Part shown: positions 34,232 to 40,804 of the stretch, in pieces
How positions within the stretch are numbered: position 1 is the first letter of the stretch
Layout of the letters: every line of letters begins with the position of its first letter
From: a virus
DNA: 40,804 nucleotides
UHGV virus genome: UHGV-0164601
Reading direction: 5' to 3' (one strand)
Made by a program: the position numbers and the translations under genes
Notes under the pieces: model-generated
What the model was told of the DNA's origin: nothing
Seen by the model: the letters and a program-made list of their open reading frames with translations, nothing else
Databases searched by the model: none

Positions 34232-34335
34232 TATCTATTCATATTCACAGTATTTCTATCCATATGTGGTTTTTCAGGTAATAGAATAACCGGATATGCG
34301 GCGCAACGGGTGCTGCGACTATCTGGAGATTTAAC

Positions 34336-37311
34336 ATGACGGTCTCAACCGAAGTTGACCACAACGAATACACAGGTAACGGCGTTACGACATCATTTCC
34401 GTATACCTTTAGGGTTTTCAAGGAATCTGATCTGGCAGTACAGGTGGTTGACCTTGACGAAAATATCGCTGTGCTGGCTCTTGATACTGATTACACTGTC
34501 ACTGGGGCTGGTGGATATAATGGCGGTAATGTAATTCTGTCGAAGGCGTTAGCTAACGGTTATCAGATTTCTATATCACGAGAGCTACCGGTTACGCAGG
34601 AAACTGATCTGCGAAATCAGGGAAAGTTTTTCGCTGAGGTGCATGAAGACGCGTTAGATAAGCTGACGATGCTGATACAGCAAGTCCGCAGTTGGTTTAG
34701 CCTGGCGCTGCGCAAACCATCATTTGTGGCAAACTATTACGATGCTTTGAATAATTACATCCGCAATTTGCGCGATCCTTCCAAGCCTCAAGATGCAGCT
34801 ACAAAGAATTATGTTGATAATATTGTTAATGTGAATATTAACAGGACATTACGGGTTCCAGATAATTTTATTGAACCACTTCCTCCAGTTCATTTACTGG
34901 AAGAAACTGTCATTGGTATCGTCAATGGTAAACCTATAGGTGTACCTGTGCCTTCTGGCAGTGCCGCAGATGTTCTTCTGCAATTATCTAGCGCAGGAGA
35001 AGGAAAAGGTGATGCATTAATTGGTGTAAGGCAGCCATTTGCCGGGGCTGTAACTATAACTCAGCATGAAAACAATGCTCTTTTCTTAAATGTAAAACAA
35101 TTCGGAGCAATTGGGGATGGGAAATATCATCCATTATCTGAGAGGTTTTCTTCAATTTCTGAAGCAAAATCCTTATATCCTTTTGTTGACTCATTATCTC
35201 AGTCAATAGACTGGGCCGCGTGGCAAGCTGCCATTAACACAGGAAAGGTTATTTATGGTACTGATAATGCGTATGTAATAACGGATACGTTAACACCTGT
35301 TTCTGGTGGTGGGATAATTGGTCTTGGTGTGGGCAAATGGGTCTCTGGATATACTGCAACATTTGCTCCTGATATTACCACAGGGACCACATTCCTGATG
35401 TACGGGGTAGGAAATAAAAAATATACTGTAGATTGTGTTTCTAATATGGATGTTAGTGGTGGTGTGGTTTCTAATCCATCTTCCGAAGACCCGTATACAA
35501 CAACGGCACCTGCGTCATCATATGATTTATTGGATTTTACTAACGGTGATGCTAATGGGACTACAAGAGCCACGCTTAAACCATTCTCTGCCGCAATATT
35601 GATGCCTGAGACAGGATGTGTTCGCCTTGAGAACTTTCGTGTTGTTCCATATTTCAATGGGCTGGATGGTTATAAAGACATTGCAAATACCGGTCTTGGC
35701 GATGAGTGGGATGTAGGTATTTGGTCACGTGCGTCTTTTGGCAATGAATACCGCAATTTGCAGGTGGTTGGATACTGGCGCAAGACGGCACTTTTAAAAA
35801 CGAACATTCCTGTATCTGGCACGCTGGCCGCTCAGGGCGAGGATGAAAACTATTATCACTGTAGATTCCAGGGATTCAAGGGTATTTCGATCCGCGCCCA
35901 TGATGTATTCCGAATTACAGCGGTAACGTCCAGCACTATCGAAATCCCATGGTCAGCAAGCCACACCTTCGAAACGTCCGGGGTTTTAAGATCTGGAGGC
36001 AGGAATTTCACTTATTCAGGATTATCCGTATCCGGTGATAAGTTAGTATTTACTGGAGTGTCTAACGCTTCTGAGGCAACAGTAGGTTCTACTATACGGC
36101 GAAATGACATAGATAACTTTGGTATGGCGGGAACGCAATTTTTCGATTGCTACATTACCAGCCTGTATCACCACACACATCTGCTTGCCACATCGCAATA
36201 CCTGTCTCAGCCATTCAGCCGGCCATCAGAGTGTATGGAGGTTTCAGGGGAACCAGTTCGCGGTGTACAGGTACATGCGGGAACCATTCAGGGATGGGAT
36301 GATGTTCTTATTCATCTGCATGACTGTGGAAATATGAACTTTTACAGTACATATTTCGAAAGCCAGCAAGCATATGTAACTATAAATGGTGGTAATGCTA
36401 TTGGTTATGGAGCACGTATGATAGCTTCCCGGCAATCAACAAGCTCATTACCATATGCAGCAGGGAATACTCGAGTGCTTAGAATGGTCGGGTGCTCTGA
36501 AGGCAATGGCGTTGACTGGGGTCCTGTATTTAACAACTATACAGGAGGAAGATATAATTCTGGAGACGGTGTATTTAACCCCCGCGATGCATTTATAGAC
36601 CATAAATCTCTTCCTGAGCAGTCAGGAGGTGAGTCAAGACTCGTATCACAAAAAGGAAATGCCAGAGTAGTATGTGGTGTTGGTAAAACTGTACTGCTTG
36701 GACCAACGTCAGGAGATTGTAATTTACAGAGCAATACTGGAAGTTTAAATATTAGAAGTGGGATAAGAGTAAGAATCGGTCACGCTGATGGAACAGACTG
36801 GTGGTTGGCAGATGCTAATAAAATAGCTCCTGTTGATGATAATGTTAAAGCTATTGGACAGCCATCAAACAGATGCTCTGTTATCTATGCAGGAACCGGG
36901 TCAATCAATACGTCAGATGAAACTCTTAAAACAAGATATGATATTCTTAATGCAGAGCGTAATGCCGCTATTGAAATAAAGTCAGTCATCTATAAATTTA
37001 AATTTAATGACTCAATTAATCACAAAGGAATTGAGTCGTCCAGGTATCATTTTGGCGTTGGCGCTCAAACCGTAGGGGATATTCTTAGAAAGCATGGTTT
37101 AAACCCTGAGCAATATGCTTTTTGGTGTTACGATGAATGGCCTGACGTATGGGATGAAGAGGTGATAACTGAAGAGAGCACAGATCCTGATACAGGTGAG
37201 AAAATTTATTCTCAATATAAAACAGGAGATATGATTCTTGTAAAAAAAGCAGGAGGACGCTACGGAATTCGTTATGACGAATTAGCCATGTTTATATTAA
37301 TGTCAATGTAA
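34336..37311 (+). CDS. Tailspike / tail fibre with central beta-helix (depolymerase-like) domain and C-terminal intramolecular chaperone (peptidase S74-like) domain
   Basis: N-terminal virion-attachment-like region (NEYTGNGVTTSFPYTF); pectate-lyase-type motif LNVKQFGAIGDGKYHP; C-terminal SDETLKTRYDILNAERNAAIEIKSV... resembling self-cleaving chaperone domains; GGAG before ATG 34336. Confidence 0.7.
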   Translation: MTVSTEVDHNEYTGNGVTTSFPYTFRVFKESDLAVQVVDLDENIAVLALDTDYTVTGAGGYNGGNVILSKALANGYQISISRELPVTQETDLRNQGKFFAEVHEDALDKLTMLIQQVRSWFSLALRKPSFVANYYDALNNYIRNLRDPSKPQDAATKNYVDNIVNVNINRTLRVPDNFIEPLPPVHLLEETVIGIVNGKPIGVPVPSGSAADVLLQLSSAGEGKGDALIGVRQPFAGAVTITQHENNALFLNVKQFGAIGDGKYHPLSERFSSISEAKSLYPFVDSLSQSIDWAAWQAAINTGKVIYGTDNAYVITDTLTPVSGGGIIGLGVGKWVSGYTATFAPDITTGTTFLMYGVGNKKYTVDCVSNMDVSGGVVSNPSSEDPYTTTAPASSYDLLDFTNGDANGTTRATLKPFSAAILMPETGCVRLENFRVVPYFNGLDGYKDIANTGLGDEWDVGIWSRASFGNEYRNLQVVGYWRKTALLKTNIPVSGTLAAQGEDENYYHCRFQGFKGISIRAHDVFRITAVTSSTIEIPWSASHTFETSGVLRSGGRNFTYSGLSVSGDKLVFTGVSNASEATVGSTIRRNDIDNFGMAGTQFFDCYITSLYHHTHLLATSQYLSQPFSRPSECMEVSGEPVRGVQVHAGTIQGWDDVLIHLHDCGNMNFYSTYFESQQAYVTINGGNAIGYGARMIASRQSTSSLPYAAGNTRVLRMVGCSEGNGVDWGPVFNNYTGGRYNSGDGVFNPRDAFIDHKSLPEQSGGESRLVSQKGNARVVCGVGKTVLLGPTSGDCNLQSNTGSLNIRSGIRVRIGHADGTDWWLADANKIAPVDDNVKAIGQPSNRCSVIYAGTGSINTSDETLKTRYDILNAERNAAIEIKSVIYKFKFNDSINHKGIESSRYHFGVGAQTVGDILRKHGLNPEQYAFWCYDEWPDVWDEEVITEESTDPDTGEKIYSQYKTGDMILVKKAGGRYGIRYDELAMFILMSM

Positions 37312-37323
37312 TAATAAATGCAA

Positions 37324-37355
37324 TAACCCCGAATAAAACAGCGGGGTTATTGTTA
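37324..37355 (+). terminator. Rho-independent terminator after the tailspike gene
   Basis: TAACCCCG-(10-nt loop)-CGGGGTTA hairpin followed by TTGTTATT. Confidence 0.6.
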
Positions 37356-37717
37356 TTATAATAATGCTCTTAACTTCTTAAATGATATTTATATGCACTT
37401 AGATTATTAAATCTATATTATGCCTGTTATTTATGTGTTCTGTTATATGTTTTGCAGGCACTGTTGGCAGCATTAAAGGAAATTGTATTTATGGCGAAAT
37501 AGCTGGTATCGTGTTTTTATTGTGCGTAAAAATAACAGACTGCATATATTATTGTATAAAGTTTTGGAAATGAAAACACTCAAACTTACCGCTGTGGATA
37601 TGTTTTGACCATCGCGAATTGGATTGGTAATATTGGGTAACAAAAAACCATAAATGGTTTATCATGCGTAATGCTTTACTGTTCAGGAGGTAGTTATGCA
37701 TATAAACGGTGGAAAAC

Positions 37718-38122
37718 ATGTCAGCTCAACTAACCAGTGAAACTTTAAATCAGTGGCTTAGCATGAGTTCTTTGGCGGCAGTGATAGCAGGAGTTCCTCC
37801 TGAGGTTGCTTTGGGGTCTTTGGCTGGGGCGGTGATTTTTGTTACCTCTGCGGTAGAGTATCCCATTCGTCGTCGCGTGCTCTTGTCGATGCTTAGCTTT
37901 CTCTGCGGACTTCTATTCTACAAACCAGCAGCATCAATTCTTATCGGCATAGCCAGCCTGATCCCTACAATCACACAGGATTCTTTCGAGAAAGGGATTG
38001 TTTTCTCTGCCGGTGCATTTGTGTCAGCAATCGTCGCTGTGCGAATTGGGATCTGGCTCTATCACCGTTCCGATAATCCACGCGAGTTAATTCCGGGGAG
38101 AAAAGACGATGGTAACTCATGA
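37718..38122 (+). CDS. Holin-like membrane protein (putative)
   Basis: About 135 aa with 3-4 predicted transmembrane helices, first gene of the lysis cassette; possible dual start (GTG 37709, ATG 37718). Confidence 0.5.
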   Translation: MSAQLTSETLNQWLSMSSLAAVIAGVPPEVALGSLAGAVIFVTSAVEYPIRRRVLLSMLSFLCGLLFYKPAASILIGIASLIPTITQDSFEKGIVFSAGAFVSAIVAVRIGIWLYHRSDNPRELIPGRKDDGNS

Positions 38123-38417
38123 GCTTTTTTTGCTTATCACCAATGCGGTTATTTGCGCCGGTATAGCAGTTCGAGTTGCCACATTTCGGAGAAACGGTTC
38201 TCAACACAGGCGATGGGGTGGGTGGCTTGCTTATTTCCTGATTGTTGCTGCGGCCAGCATTCCAGTTCGTGTCGCTTATGCAATCTGGTTACGCACGCCA
38301 ATGGTTGTGGATTTATCTGAGGTCATTATCAACGCTGTCATGCTTGCTGCAGTCATTAAAACGCGCGGTAACGTAGTTCAGATTTTCAAAATAACGAGGT
38401 CTAAACATGGAGATTAA
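38109..38417 (+). CDS. Second small membrane lysis protein (holin/antiholin-like, putative)
   Basis: 102 aa, three hydrophobic helices, ATG 38109 overlapping the upstream gene; directly precedes the endolysin. Confidence 0.45.
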   Translation: MVTHELFLLITNAVICAGIAVRVATFRRNGSQHRRWGGWLAYFLIVAAASIPVRVAYAIWLRTPMVVDLSEVIINAVMLAAVIKTRGNVVQIFKITRSKHGD

Positions 38418-39036
38418 ACAATTCCAGCGAGCTGCTGGTATCAGCGAGGAACTGGCCGCTCGCTGGTTCTCGCATATAACTTCTGCGATGAAAGAGTTTG
38501 GTATCAGCAAACCAGAAGATCAGGCAATGTTTATTGCTCAGGTCGGGCATGAGTCTGGAGGCTTCACCCGGTTGCAGGAAAATTTCAACTACAGCGTAAC
38601 CGGATTGGCTAACTTCGTTCGGGCTGGGCGTCTCACTCAGGGGCAGGCTAATGCACTTGGTCGCCGTGCTGGTGAACCACCATTGCCACTCGAGCGCCAG
38701 CGCGCGATCGCAAATCTGGTGTACAGCAAACGCATGGGGAACAATGCCCCTGGTGATGGCTGGAATTACCGTGGGCGCGGGCTTATCCAGATTACCGGTT
38801 TGAATAACTATCGTGACTGTGGAAACGGTCTGAAAGTTGACCTGCTGGAGAATCCTGAACTGTTGGCGCAGGACGAATACGCGGCTCGTAGCGCGGCGTG
38901 GTTCTTCTCCAGCAAAGGTTGCATGAAGTATACCGGAGATATTGCACGTGTAACTCTGCTTATCAATGGTGGCCGGAACGGCATTGATGACCGGCGCGCG
39001 CGATACATCACTGCCAGTAAGGTGCTGGCGGTATGA
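38407..39036 (+). CDS. Endolysin, glycoside hydrolase family 19 (chitinase-like lysozyme)
   Basis: GH19 signatures [12 protein letters not shown] and [16 protein letters not shown]; position between the membrane lysis proteins and the spanins. Confidence 0.8.
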   Translation: MEIKQFQRAAGISEELAARWFSHITSAMKEFGISKPEDQAMFIAQVGHESGGFTRLQENFNYSVTGLANFVRAGRLTQGQANALGRRAGEPPLPLERQRAIANLVYSKRMGNNAPGDGWNYRGRGLIQITGLNNYRDCGNGLKVDLLENPELLAQDEYAARSAAWFFSSKGCMKYTGDIARVTLLINGGRNGIDDRRARYITASKVLAV

Positions 39037-39515
39037 TCTGGGCATTCGCAAAAGCATACTGGAAACAGTTGGTTATCATGGCGATGCTTGCTGTTCTGGT
39101 CATATCAGGAGTTGTAGCCTGGAATGCACACGGCAGTCGTCAGTACGATGCCGGGTATGCGCAGGCGAAGGAAGACCGCAAAGCTGAAGATGAGATAGTT
39201 CGTCAGCACTACGAACAGGAGAAATCGATCAATGAACGTGAAGCGCAGCAGAGGATCGACCAGGCGCGCAATGATTCTCTTGATGCTGCCGCTCGCGCTG
39301 GCCGGTTGCAGCAACAACTCTTTGCCATCCGTGAGCAGCTCAGGCAGTATAACGCCATTGTCGGCGCTGGGACGTCAGCCGCAGACACCGGAGTTTTGCT
39401 TGCCGACGTGCTCAGCAAATCTCTCGAGAGAAACAGACAACTGGCAGAGTATGCTGACCGGGCAGCCGAAGCCGGAAGAGTCTGCGAAAAACAATACGAC
39501 ACCCTGACCAGATAG
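39033..39515 (+). CDS. Rz-like inner-membrane spanin (i-spanin)
   Basis: N-terminal transmembrane helix ([18 protein letters not shown]) then Gln/Arg/Glu-rich coiled coil; ATGA-coupled to the endolysin stop. Confidence 0.65.
   Translation: MIWAFAKAYWKQLVIMAMLAVLVISGVVAWNAHGSRQYDAGYAQAKEDRKAEDEIVRQHYEQEKSINEREAQQRIDQARNDSLDAAARAGRLQQQLFAIREQLRQYNAIVGAGTSAADTGVLLADVLSKSLERNRQLAEYADRAAEAGRVCEKQYDTLTR
39271..39507 (+). CDS. Rz1-like outer-membrane lipoprotein spanin (o-spanin), fully embedded in the +1 frame of the Rz-like gene
   Basis: [13 protein letters not shown] lipobox signal followed by a Pro/Ser-rich short mature peptide, entirely inside 39033-39515. Confidence 0.5.
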   Translation: MILLMLPLALAGCSNNSLPSVSSSGSITPLSALGRQPQTPEFCLPTCSANLSRETDNWQSMLTGQPKPEESAKNNTTP

Positions 39516-39665
39516 CATGGCATTTTTCATGGTACTGATTTCCGGTGACGGTATATAAAACGGTACTAGAAAAATGAAGTTTTGGAAAAATGTTATCACT
39601 CAATTGGTTATGATTGTCGTAAATAATTGAGTGGGAATGATTTGAACCCTGTACTATGAATGAAC

Positions 39666-39695
39666 AAAACCCTCTGTTACTACAGAGGGTTTTTT
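39666..39695. terminator. Bidirectional rho-independent terminator near the probable right prophage boundary
   Basis: CCCTCTGT-TACT-ACAGAGGG hairpin flanked by AAAA upstream and TTTTTT downstream. Confidence 0.65.
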
Positions 39696-39733
39696 ATACT
39701 CACGAATCATAGGCTTGAAGTTACTGACATCGC

Positions 39734-40273
39734 TTAGTTAAACCAGCTGTCCGATTTGTTCTCTTCTGCTTTACCCACGCTTTTCATCAGATCGCGACCG
39801 CCTTCAGTCATATTTCTGTTTGCGTCAGCTTCAGATTGCACCACATCGGTTTGCGCAGCTTTGTGCTTCAGTTCCTGATCGATAAATTCGTTTTCGCGCT
39901 TAACGCGGGCTTCTTCTTTCGCCAGCGCCAGTTTTTGCTTCTGAATCTCTAAGCTACGTAGCTCATCTTCATAACTTTGATCGCGTTTTTTGTCCGCAGT
40001 GGCTTCGGCGTCCAGTTTATCCTGACGAGCTTTCTTATTCGCTGCTGCCGTTGCCGCTCTTTTATTAGCCGCGGCCTGGGCGTTTGCGCGACGTTGCTTC
40101 TCTTGCTGGATTTCCCTGTTGCGCTCCGCGACCCATTCGTCATGCTGCCTTTGCTCTTCATTTTTACCTTGCTGTTCCGCTTCTGCGACAGCCGAGAGTT
40201 GATCCTGCAATGATGAGGCGATAGCCGGATAGCTTAAGGAGGCTAAGATGGCGCAAAGAAAAACTTTCTTCAT
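39734..40273 (-). CDS. Periplasmic Lys/Ala/Glu/Gln-rich coiled-coil protein with signal peptide (host-like)
   Basis: MKKVFLCAILASLSYPAIASS signal peptide followed by charged coiled-coil-like sequence; lies beyond the lysis cassette and terminator. Confidence 0.5.
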   Translation of the reverse strand: MKKVFLCAILASLSYPAIASSLQDQLSAVAEAEQQGKNEEQRQHDEWVAERNREIQQEKQRRANAQAAANKRAATAAANKKARQDKLDAEATADKKRDQSYEDELRSLEIQKQKLALAKEEARVKRENEFIDQELKHKAAQTDVVQSEADANRNMTEGGRDLMKSVGKAEENKSDSWFN

Positions 40274-40288
40274 GACTCCTCCTGATTA

Positions 40289-40804
40289 TTAGCTCTTTTC
40301 AGGACATTTGGTATTTGGCTGAATACGCGTTTCGTTATACGTCGTGGTAATAACAACGGCTAAACCTGTCGTAAACTGGCACTCTTTACCCACCTGGGTG
40401 GAGGTATACACTTTGGTGCCTTCCTTATATGTTAAAGAAACACCTTCCACTAAGGTTTTATCATTCACCATAGAACCCGCTGCTGCGCCAACAGCTCCGC
40501 CGCCAACTGCACCTGCTGTCGTTCCGGAATTGCTGCCAGACCCGACGTTGTGGCCGATAACACCGCCAGCGACAGCGCCAATAAGCGCGCCGAAGGCTTG
40601 TGCGTTCCGTTTATTTTGGGCGTTGTCTACGGCAACTTTTGCGGGAAGAATGGAAATAATATTAACGGTTTTAGTTTCTTGTTTGGTATTCAGTTGATCG
40701 GTTTGATAAACATCGGCGGCATGATCATCAGCATTTGACTGGCATCCTGCCAGAGTAAATGACGCTAACATTGCCACAGGCAGAAGACATTTTTTTAATT
40801 TCAT
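40289..40804 (-). CDS. Outer-membrane lipoprotein with glycine-zipper domain (SlyB/Pcp-like), host-like
   Basis: Lipobox LAGC after MKLKKCLLPVAMLASFT; Gly/Ala zipper GALIGAVAGGVIGHNVGSG...GAVGGGAVGAAAGS; start codon at the window edge. Confidence 0.55.
   Translation of the reverse strand: MKLKKCLLPVAMLASFTLAGCQSNADDHAADVYQTDQLNTKQETKTVNIISILPAKVAVDNAQNKRNAQAFGALIGAVAGGVIGHNVGSGSNSGTTAGAVGGGAVGAAAGSMVNDKTLVEGVSLTYKEGTKVYTSTQVGKECQFTTGLAVVITTTYNETRIQPNTKCPEKS

Noticed and set aside
38401-39057. 218-aa minus-strand ORF antisense to the endolysin
   Set aside because: Overlaps a gene with clear GH19 catalytic motifs on the other strand; shadow ORF.
39516-39733. Calling an attR core sequence
   Set aside because: The matching attL copy is outside the window, so no direct repeat can be verified.
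1-40804. CRISPR arrays, IS elements/transposases, rRNA genes
   Set aside because: No regularly spaced direct repeats with unique spacers, no transposase-like ORFs or terminal inverted repeats, and no rRNA-like sequence were seen.

Overview
The window is essentially one ~39.6-kb temperate podovirus-like prophage plus two host-like envelope genes at the right end (39734-40804). The integrase sits at the left window edge, and the lysis cassette ends at ~39.5 kb. Left arm (minus strand): MT-A70 methyltransferase, AlpA-like regulator, RecT/exonuclease module, driven by a sigma70-like promoter flanked by two TTACC-N5-GGTAA palindromes. Then a divergent immunity switch (double-HTH repressor with no peptidase domain versus a Cro-like gene) with three tandem copies of the same palindrome, a lambda O/P-like replication module with iterons inside the O-like gene, and a block of small nin-like genes. 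Right arm: terminase, an internal tRNA-Arg(UCU), T7-type portal/scaffold/capsid/tail-tube/internal-core genes, a moron island (30.4-34.3 kb), a beta-helix tailspike with C-terminal chaperone domain, and holin/GH19 endolysin/Rz-Rz1. Gene content and order suggest an epsilon15-like temperate podovirus, but that is inference. Most notable: the same 15-bp palindrome marks almost every operon start including late and moron operons; a near-consensus LexA box sits in front of a small antirepressor-like gene; and a two-gene cassette of unknown function is inserted between the core and tailspike genes. No CRISPR array, IS element or rRNA was seen. All coordinates were derived by hand against the ORF track; motifs were found by eye, not by exhaustive scan.
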